Below, piece after piece: positions 1 to 41,400 of a DNA stretch of 64,000 nt (the stretch's first letter is position 1; every line of letters starts with the position of its first letter). The stretch is from Bugula neritina. Taxonomy: Eukaryota; Animalia; Bryozoa. The notes beneath the pieces were generated by a model. It worked only from the letters and a program-made list of their open reading frames with translations, did no database searches and was not told the origin of the DNA. The translations under genes were made by a program, and so were the position numbers. The DNA lies in assembly GCA_964035545.1 (NCBI GenBank), contig OZ037767.1, positions 19,112,628-19,176,627 of the forward strand, in the 5' to 3' direction.

Positions 1-265
1 TGAGAAACTGTTCATTCACTAATTGTTTGAGTATTTAAAGTAATGCAACACTGCCAAGTTAAAGAGATTATTATGCGTTTATTTAATACAATATATACGC
101 AAGTAAAACTATATAAGACTTAGAAAACAAGTTACATAATTCCAGACTGAGCATTCACAACTTATTACTAGCTAATTCACTGCCTGACTGCCGGCTATCG
201 AAGCGCGATAGCTATCAGCTGGATTAGTTCTAATTACTGAGCTCCTCCCATAGTCCATAGCATAT

Positions 266-680
266 TGTAGTGAATTTCCCAATTTACTATATTATGTGGT
301 TCGACTTATACAAAGCTACTTCACCAGATTGATCACGTTATACAGAGTTTTTTATTTACAAAGATACAATAAATGAACTACTACTAAATGAATTACACGA
401 TTACATAATACTGAGCACTTTGTACACAACTGCTCTATGCCAAGTCCCAAGCTGCTCTGCCCGGCTAGCTACTTAGTGTGCTTCCACTACGCGTAGCTAG
501 CTCCACCTGATATCAATTAACAGTCCTTCCTGATTGGCTAGTATTAGTGGTGCCACTGTCGACCATAATATGCATGTCGGCTGGGAGTCGATGTAGTCGA
601 CCTCCACAAAAAGATAACATAGAGTCAACCCTTTCGATATATAAACTAGATTACTAATTGCATTACTAAAATCCATTACA
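266..680. mobile_element. Putative solo LTR (415 bp) nested in another LTR-like remnant
   Basis: Starts TGTAGTGAAT and ends ATCCATTACA (8/10 terminal inverted repeat); flanked by ATAT at 262-265 and 681-684. The surrounding sequence ends in a similar AAAATCCTTACA at 797. Confidence 0.6.
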
Positions 681-1032
681 ATATGTTAGTAGCGTAGTAA
701 GCAATTACTAGCAGGCTGCTACGCATTACTGTAGTAGAAACGTAGTAGGAGAGTTGTCCTTTCAACAATAAAATAACTCCTACACAAAATCCTTACAATA
801 ATATCACAACTAAAACATTGGCAAACCTCAGCATAGTTAAATATTCTAAAAAAAAATTTCGTAACTAAACATTTCAAAAAATAGTATTTACTCATAATTT
901 TTTCGGTTTTATACTAATTGCAGTATTTTTTTAAATAATTTCTTTAAAGTTGTTGTGTTTTGATATAGGATCCAGAGGTAATTAAAAATATGTAACTGGT
1001 AATTTATAGCTTGTTTGAAATATTTTCCGTAG

Positions 1033-27100
<26,068 letters not shown>

Positions 27101-29418
27101 CATAGTTTTAATGTTTCGTTAGTTGCATGCAGGTATTATATTTATGTTGAAGTGACTACACTTGGTTGAGGGTTAAAAACTATCTATTTATTTGTATATC
27201 TACATCTTATATATTATATATGTATATAGAACATGACATCATACTGTTGCTGATAATTATATGATTCATACAGTAATAACCAACAATTCTATTGCATGCT
27301 GTGAACATTCAAATCACTACAATCCTTCTTTTCTTCAAAAAGATTATTATTAATTAACTATAATATCTAAAAGTAATTATTTTCATAAATTTTCTATACT
27401 AAGCTCAAATAAAATGATATGCCATAATAATTTCTAGTAAACAATAATTCATAAACAGCTAACTACTCATCAAAATATAGTAGCTTTTACAAAACACAGC
27501 GTTTAGGCAATCATAAGCAAATGTACCAGTACTGGCAAAATGGTAAAGGTCTGTTAGTGATTTGTTTTATTCAAAACAGGTGAAAATGTACATATGTTAA
27601 TAAAAAACCCAAAGATAATATAATTGATATTATAGAAAAATAAATATAGGGTGGTAATTAACCTACAAATTTCAACCAACTTGGGAGATTAGGCTTTTAC
27701 GAAGTAGTTTAATAAAAAGAATATGTAGAGTAGAATATGTTAAAGCTGTTAAGTTACTGAATGGACATAAAATTTAACAAAGCAACGTAATAAAGAAGCA
27801 AACAATATAAAAGCTACTGATAGCAAAAAAGCTGATAGCACTAAAATAATTAGGAAGAAAACAGCACAGCTTAATTGCAATACCGATACACCAGAGGGAG
27901 CAAACTAGCTGAACATATACTCCAAAAAAGAATTTTGCACAAATTACTAAAGAGAAATAACATCATAGAAATATTTAACAGAAAAAATTAATACAATAAA
28001 TTAGCCCAACTATCACATCTGGACATCTGTCATGTATATAACCAAAGTGTTGCTGGTGTGAAATATACTGGGGCAGTGTATGCAATGAGGTGAAGTCAGG
28101 GCAGGTTATGCTATGTAATAGTTTGATGCTGATTAGTGAGATTAGTCATGAGTGGGAGGACAATAAAACATTGGTAGAGTAGTAGATAATTTAAACTGAG
28201 CTCAGCATAAAAACTTGATAGCTGTGTAAAACTGTACTACATTATTTAGAGTAGTAAAAGTGTAAGCCTTAATGCAAGATGTCACTAATTCTTCTGCTGC
28301 AGCATAAAATATTATATAAAGCAAAATGAACTACAGAGTACATTGATAGAATCGTCCAGCATTTTAGAGTTTTATTGAGACATAAAAAATACTTAGGCCA
28401 AAACACTTATACCGTATAACACATAGTTCAACAAAATTTTACTGCCTAGAATAATAGTCAAAGATTTCAATTCACTGAAAATATAATTATATATGTTGCT
28501 AGAACAATTCTCAACCTAATTGAAAACCATTGTAGCTAGAGGGTCTCCCAGGAATGAAGATGTGAGCTTTAAGTAGAGTTTTATTTGTGCTTGATAAACA
28601 ACTATCTAATTGTTGATCTGATAATCTAGAATGGTCTTTCACATTTTTATTTTGAAGATAATTAAAATATGAGCAACTGATAAAAGGTATAAATGTATTA
28701 GGTGCACCTTAAATAATTCTAACCATGAAAGCGTTCATCTAAGCTGTAGTTATTAGTTTGAATTGAGCTTCAGCATATATGTACTTTGCCTGCAGGGCTG
28801 AAAAGATTACTGAATAAAATATGTACGATAGGTTTTAAAGCAATTGCCTATAATTTAACTGTTGACATCTGCATTGTAACTCACATTAATTTATGAAAAC
28901 AGTACAAAACAGATTTATGTAACTAAATAAAATCAGAGTAATTTATTTATCAAGAACATGCAGCTAGCATAACATACAAATGATTATTGAACTAAAAGAT
29001 GAAATGAAAAAATATGCAACACAACACAGTTACATAATAAAACAAACAAAAATCTTGGCTATTAAATACATGATGCAAGCAAATCACAAATTTAGAAACA
29101 GTATAATATTCTAATTAGGCTGTCACACGAGCAGACATTGCTGCTTAATATACTCCTCCCACGGCTGCAGAAAATAGTGGGGAAACTTGTTAGCCAGATC
29201 AGAGGTTAAGGGCGGTACTCAACCCCAACCCGGTTACACTACATATTTAATTACTGGAGAGTTTTGTAGCTACACAAGGCTTTTTTTGTGCCCAGCAAAT
29301 TTATCTTAACTTCAAAAAATGAAATATTTTTTTAATTATAATTTTTAAATTGAAATAACAAACTTTTATATTATTTCTTTTCAAAATAAAGCTCAACATC
29401 AAAGTTAGAATTAGGATC

Positions 29419-32400
29419 CTAATTTAACTTGAGCATGCTAATGGCTTGGTTGACACGACTCAGATTCTGAGCTTCTTCGTCACGGTGGTCTTCCATTCTG
29501 TCGGAGACTTCCTGCAGTCCAGAGTAGAGGTCATTGACCTTAACCCTTTGGCTTCTGAGGAAGGAAGGCATTGCAGGAGGAGCGCGGGCAGCAGCCGCAC
29601 GAACTGATGGTTTTGGAGCTGAAAAGTGAAAGCAAATTACCAAAATAAAAATATTACACTATTTCATTCAAATGATTTACAATCACTTGATAGTATTGAC
29701 AGTTTTTATATAACAACAAGTGTTAAATTTTTTTAAACCTTGCACTAATTTATTACAAAATATTTTGTTACTTTTGCTCATAAAATGTTGTTCTGGGAAG
29801 TCAATTATTTTATTGCACAATATCATAATGTCAACATTAGGCCCGTTACCCAGCAGTGCAAAGCAGAGATGGGTAAGAGAAAAGTAACCTCAACCTGAGA
29901 GGACAAAGTGCTTACCAATAGTGGATCTCAACCTAGACTCTTGTGTGTCAGTAAACTTGAAAGCCCTTGTCTGGGAGACGTATCTCGGAGTATTCAGTAC
30001 AGGTTTCTTACAAGAGCCGTAGGGGCAGAGAAATGGCGGTGAACTTTCAGGTTTGAATATCAGCCGATCCATGTATTTCATCTGCAAAATCATAAATAAA
30101 CATAATGAAAGAGTTATTAAAACAAAAATAACAGCTGATTCGATAACTATATTGGTAAATCTTTTTTTATAAAAACTAGTTCTATAAGCAAATACATTTG
30201 CTGTCACATCATGAATCACTACGAACAGTTACACATGATTTAGTGAGAACAAACGAACTTTACACATACAAACACATTATGCCCCTCATTAATATGACAA
30301 GCAAATGAAAAGTAAAACTTTGTTTCACTAGTATAAGCTATTTTCCAACAGCACCAGCATAATGTGACATAAGTTTTGAGATTGAACTGCTTACCGGGAC
30401 AAGATGTCGACAATCCTCTAACGTCACCCATTTTGTAGCGACAGACAAGGGTTCTGTGATTAGATCCGGTAACTCGGAGCCAACTTTCACCATCAGACTC
30501 GGCAGTTTGCAATTAGGACAGGGTGATGTGTACGATGTACATTGCTCACCACAGACTCCCATGCATCTGTACTCCTACAACAAATTTATATTTGAACTTG
30601 TTTCTGGAGTATACAATGATTATGATAGTTTTAAAAATGAACTTGTAAAAATAGTATACTATGAAATATGCCTCTTGCTTTTCAATCACTAAGAATATTG
30701 TCATGGGCTGGTACAATATGTAGCAAGAGCATTAATTCAGAATTTCAAAACCAAATTTGTATTTCCTATAGATGGTTTATCTTATATTGAGATAAATCAA
30801 TTTTCTACAAGTTGAAATGGTTTGTAGCTCCACACATGCATGTCTGTATAAATATGATCCATTGAACAATATAGAGAGCTTTTATAATTACAACAGATGA
30901 CATATATTTATTTAAAAACTTATTACTTTGCATAAAACTAGCAAATATTTTTCATGAACTTGCATATCATTAGAAATGAACATATAGCAGCATCTCATAT
31001 TAAAGTGCAAGACTTACATTTTTGCATTTAGAGCAGGTGTACATCTTCCCACATTGCATATCACATGGTACATGGGAACAAGGCTCTCCGCATTTTCTTT
31101 CACATTTATCATGATCAGCGCAGCCCCAGTTACACACTTTACCAGTATCATTAGGGTGGAAAGAGCACGCCTCCTTACATATTCTCGTACACTTGGTTCC
31201 GTGGCTACACCTAAGCATCACGTCATAATTCAGTTATGTAAATTATGTTTCTGGTTTTAAGTCACTCTATAGATTTTCAACAGTATTGATATGCTTCAAG
31301 GCTTTCAAAAATGACAACTATAATAATGCTGTTTTTTACTAGTCATTCAATTAAAAGGAATTAGTCACTACAACAGTAAAAACATGTTTTCTCCTCAAAA
31401 GCAATGTGTATGTAGCAAAATAAAATAATCTCCGAGAAGCTTCAATAAACTGCATTTGATGTTAATAAGTTGAAAACATTATTTTACTTCTGATGCACAA
31501 TTAGCCTAAATTAAATTTGAGAAATTTAGAATTCAATTAGATGATTAAAAGTAATTTATTATTTTTGTTGTGCTCACATTAAATCTTGTGCTTCAAACAA
31601 ATAAATATTTTTTTAAAACTCAATTTTAATCAAGAGCATTCCCGTAATCTAGTTTTCCTTCAAAATACTTGATTTGGATCATAAGCCATAACACTGTCAC
31701 TAAATTAATGAGCAAGAAATAAAATCTTTTGTCTATAATAGCATGCATTACGATAACACTAAAATGCTATGTCCACCATGAATCTATATCATTGGTCAAA
31801 CAGACATGCAAAGTTTATCAATCAACCATGACTCACTTCAGATTACATTTCTGGTTGCAATCCAAACACTTTCCTTTGACTGTGCAGTCATGACACATAC
31901 TTTTGCAGTTGTGACCACAGATGAGTTGCTTGTGACACGTCTGTATACAGTTCATGTGACCTTCAGTTTCACTGGAAGGTAAGAGGAAGTATTAACTCTA
32001 TTTAATTGTACAAAATGCAATCACTTTGGCAACATTCCAAGAACTAATGTAAATAATGAAGTCAATGTAATAGTATTCTTCATTATACAAAGATTCAACA
32101 AATTGGGTCAATTTAACTGAAGTTCATAAGGTTTGAAGCAGCAGTTAGATTGGAGGATTAGTGTGATACAGGTCAAAGGTACACCTCCAGATAGATGGTG
32201 GTGGCAGGAAGGGCATGTGATCACATGTGATCTTATGCTTGAGTCAAAGTCCTGAAACCATGTTGCCAGCACAGTAAAGAGGCACAGTTCTTGGCCCACT
32301 AAAGTTTTTTTATACAGAACTTAATACTTTAAACAAATGTTAGATTTGCAGTTCGAGATCTGGATTATGAGTTAAAACGGAATTGAGCTAAAGGTGCACT

Positions 32401-35400
32401 GTAGGCATGTTGCAGTTTCCAAATATATCTAAACCTTACCATTTATAGCATGTCCCAGCACACTGATGTCCACAGCTTAGTGTGTGAGTACAAGGTGTAT
32501 CACACTTGTAGATGTACCGCTGAGTACTAATGTTGAGAGTCATTCTCTGATTGGCCTGATAGCACGGGACGTCCTTTAACTCAAAGCAACGAGAGCACAT
32601 CTGCTGTACAGTCTCTTCGCATTCAGATGTACATGGAACTGAACATCTAAAAGAAAAAGTTACATTATTTAATTATATTGATTTGTTTGAGCTGATCAAG
32701 GCTTTGTATAAAACTGACGTTGTTAGTAGAGTCAAGACTTTAACTTGATTAAAGACTGAAAATAGCCAAAAACACATATATACTTGGTAGATTAGAGACT
32801 TGTAGATATGCAACTATTACATAATTAACATGTAACATGCACACCAAAAACGAAATTCAAATTTACATATGACCAAAATGATTGGACTAAATGAACTCAA
32901 AATAAAATATAAAGAAAAGCAAAGCTAAGATATTCAGCATTAAAACTACGTGTTTTATCATTTATTGATAAATTAAAGTTTGTTTACATAAAAATTGTTG
33001 ACAATTTATGCGCAATCAAAAAAGGTTTTTGTGCTTCAGTGCCGTGTCACTACTACACCACATAAGTAATTGCTACGGCCCATTGCATTACGGTAATCTA
33101 ATATAACTTACTTGATATTTGTTACATAAAAATCTAAAAACATATAAACAATAACGCACCTGTTTTTACAAGCATGCCCACAATGCAGTTTCTTGGGACA
33201 TGGTTCCCGACAAGACAGCTCAGACTGCTTCACGCTGTCATAGAGAATGAAACACGGCACGTCCTGAATATGCTGACAGGGCAGTCTGATTTGCTGCCTC
33301 ACCTGGCACAGAGAGCATGACTGGTGGCACATTCCTGGTAAACAGCAACACTTCATACTTTAGACAGCAGACTCATAGTTACTTAGTTTTCTACACTAGT
33401 CTTTGCTTATCATCACAATATGTGTTGTAACTGTTAGATTGTTCTGAAAAGCAGTAATGATGGAAAATATGAACAATAAAAATTATCTGAAATTTTCTTA
33501 TATCCTGATTAAGAAAAACTATGAGCTTTACATAGCCTCAGATTTGTCATTTTATGAGAACAAGTATGTGCAGTGTTGAAGTATAAAAGCTCTGATAAAC
33601 TAATCCTCAATTTATCAATGTTTATAAATACCCGTTGATATATTCATGCTTTTCAACAAAAATATCAATTTTACTCAGGCAGAAGACTTCACAGAGTTGC
33701 CTAGCATTGTAAAATCTACTCGTGAAAATTATTACGCCTTGAGATGCCTTTTTTGTGGTTTTGAAAATAATATAGTCAAATGAAATAATACATTCCATTG
33801 TAGATTTGGAGAAGTTTTTAATTATTATTTTGTCAATTAGATTTTAAAAAGCCATATGTGAAGCTTCAGTTTCCAAATGGGTGGTTACATATTGGTACAA
33901 GGGTGGCTACATACTGGTACAAGAGTGGTTACATACTAGTTCTAGGGTGGATACATACTGGCACAAGAGTGGTTACATACTAGTTCTAGGGTGGTTATAT
34001 ACTGGTTCAAGGGCGGTTACATACTGGTAAAAGGGTGGTTACATACTGGTAAAAGGGTGGTTACATACTGGTAAAAGGGTGGTTACATACTGGTAAAAGG
34101 GCGGTTACATACTGGTAAAAGGGTGGTTACATACTGGTAAAAGGGTGGTTACATACTGGTACATGAGTGGTTACATACTGGTACATGAGTGGTTACATAC
34201 TGGTAAAAGGGTGGTTACATACTGGTACATGAGTGGTTACATACTGGTACATGAGTGGTTACATACTTGTACAAGGGTGGTTACATACTGGTACAAGGGT
34301 GGTTACATACTGGTACATGAGTGGTTACATGGAGACAGCGTCTCCTGACACGGTTCTGTACACTGGTAATCCTTATGCTCAAGATCTTTGCTGTGACAAC
34401 TCATCTTACAGGTGTGACCACACTTTAGTTGACGTCTGCAGATTCTCGTGCAGCCGCCTACAAAACAAGGTCAATTATAGAAAATCTCACTATTAACTTG
34501 TTTTATTAGATATTAAATATGTTTACTTTTTCAATTCACTTGAGAAGCTACATATTTCCTATGTAGCGTTAGCTTCCCGATTGATTCGTGTAACTCTTTC
34601 TATCACACTTTCGGTTTTATTATCATATTTTAATTTTATTGAAACATTATGCTACATTAACTGGTCTTAGACCCGATAACCACTAACTATCAACTACTAT
34701 AAACCATTTTCAACTACCAAACAAAAACCAGTAGTCTCCAACCATGATAAAAGCAACCAACCTGCAGGTGACTTTTTCTGAAAATCTTCCGGCTTTTCAA
34801 TTTCGGCAGGATTCTTGTGTCTTCTGCACTGTAAAACTAGCTTACTGCCAAACTCATTGCTCGCTTTTGCTTCATTCACCATCTTCTTCCACATTTCTAT
34901 AGACACACGTTAATCACAGTAATGAGTTTGTGTGTGACAAGACTGTCAGAAATTTTTTTTTCACGTGCTAAGTAGCAGAGTATTTATCAGGGCACTTGGT
35001 TATCAAGCTGAGAATTGTATTAGTACACTTCCAGAAAATTCTATCATTTATAAAAGAATTTTCAAAATAATTTCATTCACATTGTCAAGTATAATATAAA
35101 GCTAAGAAATAAATTGCGTCTTGCTCAGGAACTTCATGTATGACACTACACAGCATTGGTTGCCTGAGCAGACAAGGAATAAGAAAACCCCTGTAGAAAA
35201 TTGCAATTGCAATAAAATACTTGAATGAAAATGTTAGGATATTTTTTAAAATAAGTGATTGTTTTATTCTTCATATTTTTGCATTGTTGATATGTTTTAC
35301 AAACTATGCTTGTCTATAAAAATAATGCAAACCAATGCAATAATTGTTAGTAAGATTTACTGAGTTAAGCTAAATCAGAATCTGGTATTAAACATATATA

Positions 35401-38400
35401 TACAAGTTTATTAAATTGTTATTTTTGCAAAAGTTTAGCTTATAGTCATAATATGATAGGTGAATGCAGCAGTGAAAATAAATTTGGAATTGTTTGAACC
35501 CTTAAACGACCCAATTCAGTGATGGCAGGTAACGTACCTGATCCGCGACTGAGCATATCAAAGTTTCCAAACACATACATTCCATACTTGGCCCTGGACA
35601 GACAGACACACACTCGGTTCTCTATCTTCACAAATCCAAGATTGTTATTAGCATTACTCCTGACAAGTGATATGATGAGAATCTTGTTTTCTTCACCTGC
35701 AAATCAAAATTCGCACGCTACTCTTGGTAGAGTTGTATTGCAACAAGCGGTAGCATTAATGGTAATGAAGCTAACTTTACTTTATGAAAACTTGATTTGA
35801 TGTCAATCATCACCTTAGGGTTTTCTAAGGCTAGTTGAAATATAACGCAAATTCAAAGAAGACCAACAAATAAGAAACCAGGTATCTCCTGAAAAATTAA
35901 AGCTAAGAAATAATTGACTTTCTTGCCTATTCAAATGCCAAAAGCATAAAATATGTTAATCTACCCATTGCTTATTGAGAGTCAATGTGTGTATGGAGAA
36001 TCTATGTGTATATTGAGAGTCAATGTGTATATTGAGAGTCAATGTTTAAATACATAATGTTGATACAACAGTTTGACTTATTAGTCTAATTAACACACAT
36101 TTATAAAGAACAAGATCAAAAATGTGTAAAACAATCTTATTGGTAGTTTATAGCATAACATTACTTCAAATTCATACCAATCTTTGATACTTTTACATCT
36201 TTTATTTTCTCCCAAGTTATTTACAGTTGTTTCGGTTGCAAAAATATATTTATTAAGGAATAAGAATGTTCCTATTTTATTTTTTTTCAACCTCATGCTG
36301 TTACTTCAAAAAAGGGAGTATATTCTTTCAATTTTTAAAAATGAAGTCAATTTTTAAAAATGAAGTCAATTTTCAGCGTTTTCTGTTAGTTTATGTGATT
36401 GGGACAGCCAATGTGACAATCATGCTTAATAAAACTTTTATAGCTTTGAGCAGAGCACCTAAATCACAAGTTATTAAAAAACTCAATATAAATTGTAGAA
36501 CTACTTATACCAACCTTGGAAATTGTCAACAGAAGTGATTTTCACCCCTTCAAACTCAGCTTTTGGCATTTTCTTCTTCAGCAGTAGCAGTTGCCCAGTG
36601 TACATGGTGATGATGGTGATGTCAGAAGGCTCGTAGGATTTCTGCCGCAAGAAGTATCTGATTGAAAATAATAAACAATATTATAGATAACAAATCCAAC
36701 ACTTATAAATGATAAATAAAAGGCATTTGAAATAAAAGGCGTTTGAAAGCATTCTTCAAAATATTTTACAGAAGCTTCAAGGTGAAACAGAAAATCAAAC
36801 TAATGAAAGTTAAAAAGAAAAACATCAGCTTGCTATATCTGTTAGTTATGTAAATTTCCATTTTATACCTAAGTATCTAGTACAGTATAAACAAATGAAC
36901 GTCATAGCTTTTAAATATTTCTATTGTAAAACACACGGCACAATTTGTGTTTCATTTTTAGACGATCTGCAATTGCAGCTTATAGAATATGCTATCTAGG
37001 TCATAGCTTTAGCAGAATACTAACTAGCTAATAGACATTGTCAGCTATTGAGATTTCCTTATCACTTTGTACATTTAGGCTACCAGACCAAGATACTGGG
37101 AAACTGTCATACAGGTTAGAATATGTAGTAATATCTAACATAATAGCTCACCTGGTCAGTCCAACTACCATATCTGCCTCAAACTCATTAGAATGACTCA
37201 TCGTCATTGAGTCAGATGACTCATGCTTGTTGTGGTTAAAGAAGTAGACATCTTTAGTAATCCCTGTAACAGAAACTTTTTAGTAAAAGTAATCTAGTGA
37301 AATAGTTTAGTGAAAGCTTTTTGGCAATAGCCTTTTGACTGTCAGCTATCAATGCTATTTAATATGAGTCAGTGCAGCATATATTTTGCGACACTCAAAA
37401 ACTATAATTTTACATAGGTTTTAACAAGATGTCCAGAGATCAATCAACAAATTGATAGAAGTAATAACTTATCGGTTTTTTCATCAAAACCATAAACAAA
37501 CTAAAACCATGACAGTTATTACTTTTTTATTGCAATAATAACAATAAGATGTATAGCTGAAGTCAAACAGCTACTTTAGAACTTTTCAACAATCTATAAT
37601 GCTGATGATTTTCATGTTACCTTCAACATGACTTCTACCAATCACAGAATGGTCGTCATCCAGCCTGTCGTAAATGTGTCTCATATACTTAGACACTTCC
37701 GGTCTCATTCTATGCTGAATGTTGAGAGTTTTAACAGGGAGTCCGTTATTAACCATTCTTTCAAACAGAGAAAGGTCAAGGTGATACTGTTTAGCAAGCT
37801 CATAGACTGTGGGGTTAGGCTTCAGCTGCTTGTGGTCTCCTGGTTATTAGTTTTAATATATAATCAGCATGTGTTGTTCGCACTATGTAGACCAATCTTA
37901 TGTCAGTTTTGCAATGAATTGGACAAGAAATTTATAACCTATTAATACAGCCTTAGGCTGGCTAAAAATGAAATGCAAGTGAAATTTATAGAAAAGACGG
38001 TAATACGACAAACTAACCAATCGAAATGAGATATTTTCACAAACTAACTAACAAGAATGAAGTGTTATAACAACCTAGCCAATAAGAATGAAGTGTTGCA
38101 TCAAACTAACGAATGAGAATGAGGTGTTACAACAAACTAACCAATGAGAATGAGGTGTTATAATAAACTAACCAATGAGAATGAGGTGTTTACAGTGTTT
38201 ACTCAGAGCTGTTATTATGTGAGCTTCAAGAACTTCTGCTGCTTCCTCCACCACCACAATTTCTGGTCCCACTTGTTGTAGAACTGACTGCATTCTAGCA
38301 GCTCCAGTAGTTGTCATTCCAATCACTTTGGCTTTCCTCAAAGCGTTGATATCTTCTTGCTTTCTGTAAAAATTGAATGATCAGGTAAGCCATTTCCTAG

Positions 38401-41400
38401 CTCATTAAACATAACCAAAAAATGAGGTTCTTTACTTTCTATCTGAAGGACTTCTGGCAACTATATCAACTTTATATGTTGAGAATGCCAACAATGACTA
38501 AATTCCTCAAACAATGTAGATCTACTATTGAAGATTTAATAATGCAGGAAAAAGAAATTGTCGCTCCAGTTGGCATACCATGCTAATGAAAAAATATGCA
38601 AAATAAAAAAACTGTTACATAGTTGATGCAGCTCAAAATTAGAAGCTTGTGCAATCATTTTCAAGACTTGAAGCTAAAGAGTTAGCACTAAATTTCAGCT
38701 TTCTTGGCCTAAATCTCTTTTCCGCTGTCCGTAAAAAGATCAACTTTCTCTACGAGGCAATTAAGCATAAGTTTCAAACTGCAAGTCCAATAAAGCTGTA
38801 AAAAATCTCGTTTCTATAGTTTAGCTGAATAAGGAGAGCCACTGACCTGAGATTGTCTCCAAGTTTCACAATGTCCGTGTACATCATCTGAAGGTCTTTC
38901 ATCTTATTAGTAATGTGTTTCTGTAGATCCTTCACCAAGTATCTGTACAGTCTCCAGCTTCATAACATAAACATGTCAGAGTTAAAGGCAGCTTGGTATT
39001 GTCACAAATATATTTTATGCAGTAAAAGTTTTCTGCTACACAACAGTAAACCTTAACTGCTACATAACTTTAAAAGAAATCCTGTTACATAACAATAAAC
39101 TTATCCTATTACATAACATATTTCTTAGGCAGCTACTACATAACAATTAATTTTCAAGTAATCATATCAATATCACATATCAATCTTAAGTTCAACTACT
39201 TATAAAACTATTTTTTAAACCAACAGTTGATTTTAGTAGTTCTGTATGACAATTTTCTTTCCTAGCATTATAAACAAATCAACATTCAGCCATGTGTGTG
39301 ATATTACCGATGAGGAAGCTCCATATCTGTTGTGACATCATAGCCGGAATGGCGAATATGGCTCTTCACAGAGTTAAGTTCTTCCTGCGTCATGATGTTG
39401 TTATCCATTATCTGAGACCGGATTAGTTTCTCCCGCTTCAGCCTTGCTTTCTTTGAAAGTTTCACTTTCTGAAATCCTTCAGAATCAACTTCTACGCCTT
39501 CTAAAAAACATAACAATGCTGAAATCAGCTCTTGGTTTTTGAAAAGAAGATTGCTAAATTTACCCAACTCTTTTCATCAGCCAAGTAAAACCTATCAGAG
39601 CCTTTTCTCTTCTATCATAACAACCAATTCAGAACTAAAAAAGCCAATTGAATAAACAAATGAACTTGTTTTAATCATTGATGAAAACCGTTTTTGACTA
39701 TAAAAACATTTGTATGAAAATCCCAAACAACTGACATGTACTGGTAGATAACTTTATTAAATATGTTTTAAGCGCTAACACTTAGTACTAGCTGTAGATG
39801 ACTCATAGAAAGTAAATATGCTGGTGCTTTACATAAATGGACATTATCACAGATTCGTCTTATACACTCACCAACACCAACATCTGTGCTAGCTTTTGAT
39901 TTGTTCAACTTCTTTCTCAATCTTTTGACAAAAGCTGAGTTCTCGTCGTCCTCATCAAACAAACGACTCTGTAACTCTCTCTCGGCTTCCCCCTCCACGT
40001 CCACAAAATCCACACCAGGCTGGTCTAGAGACTCATCCGTCCCTTCTGGCTCCATTTGACTATGACTCTGAGAGGCATACGTCTCTGCATCTACAATGTA
40101 GTTAATAGGGTCAAACAATCTGAGGGCAAAACATCTAAACTGTGTCGTCTAAAGATTCAATGGGAAAAACGACCGCGACATTTTTTTTTGATTATTGAGG
40201 TTTTAAGAACTAGTTCCAGCAGGTTGAACCTAAATAATAGCATATATGTATGTACAGCTGTTTTATTTATAAATATACTATACTATATAAATAACTTTTT
40301 TACAAAATGCCAGTTTGAAACAGCAATTTTCTAGGAAGTCAGCCTATTTTCAACTTCCACAAGTTTTCAAGTTTTCACAATGCTAAGCTTAACTATATCA
40401 CAGAAGTGTTTTTATATATCTAAAACAAAACTTTAATACCCCTACACAAGTTTTTAATGAACTGCATATGTAAAAGATTGGTGCAGAATCAAATAAAAAT
40501 TTCAGAAGTTCCAAAACCTAGAAGATTAAAATAGAATTATTTGCATATCCGTATTTTGTAACATCTATTAAAAAAAACAAACAAAAGTTTAACTAAATTA
40601 TTCTACAACATTCTTGGTTACAAAATAATTCTGTCAAAGATTTGCAGAACAACACAGCCAGATGAGCCACACTTACCAATCTGTAGCCATATGCTCATCG
40701 CATCCTTGGGATTGTGTCCTTGCTGTTCAAGATTACTAGCCATATCCTCAAACTGGCTGTATATGTCAGGGTGCTGAGCTAAGAGACCCCGTGTATCATG
40801 GTGCATAATCTTAGTTCTTGAAATCTCTAAAAGTCTCATCATTGGCTCCAGGTTATGGTCTGCCTACATTTCATAAGAGAAAATTGATGTGTAGTTTAAG
40901 AACATCTATTTGCTTCTATATTGTTTTGTTTTAAGAGCACATTTGCAATACTGCTGCTTAATCTTTAGTTAAAAAAGCTCAAATCTATTTCCCCAATTTC
41001 TCATCACACACGCATGCACACATGTATACATGCATACAAGCATACAAGCAGTACACACACATACACACATACATATACATATATAAGCAGTATATGCACA
41101 CACATAACAGAATGTTGAAGAGTTTGTAAACTGTAGGAATATATTTAGATAAAATTTATTGCAGCGCAATTCAAAATATTTTATAAGAGAAAATTGAAAT
41201 AAAGAAAAGCTATACACAACAAACGATTTAAATAAAATAGTAATCACACTGATATAACTGATAGATATGACAACTCCAGAATGAGTCACATGTGAATGCA
41301 ACTATTACTTGAAAAAGATAGCAATATTTTTTCTGTTAGTTGGAGTTGTCAATTACCTTATATAGGCAACTTGGAATGTCACCTCAACAAAGTAGATTCA

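Noticed and set aside
33879-34330. CRISPR-like array or coding repeat (VVTYWY ORFs)
   Set aside because: Contiguous 22-bp units with no unique spacers, eukaryotic intron context, no cas genes.
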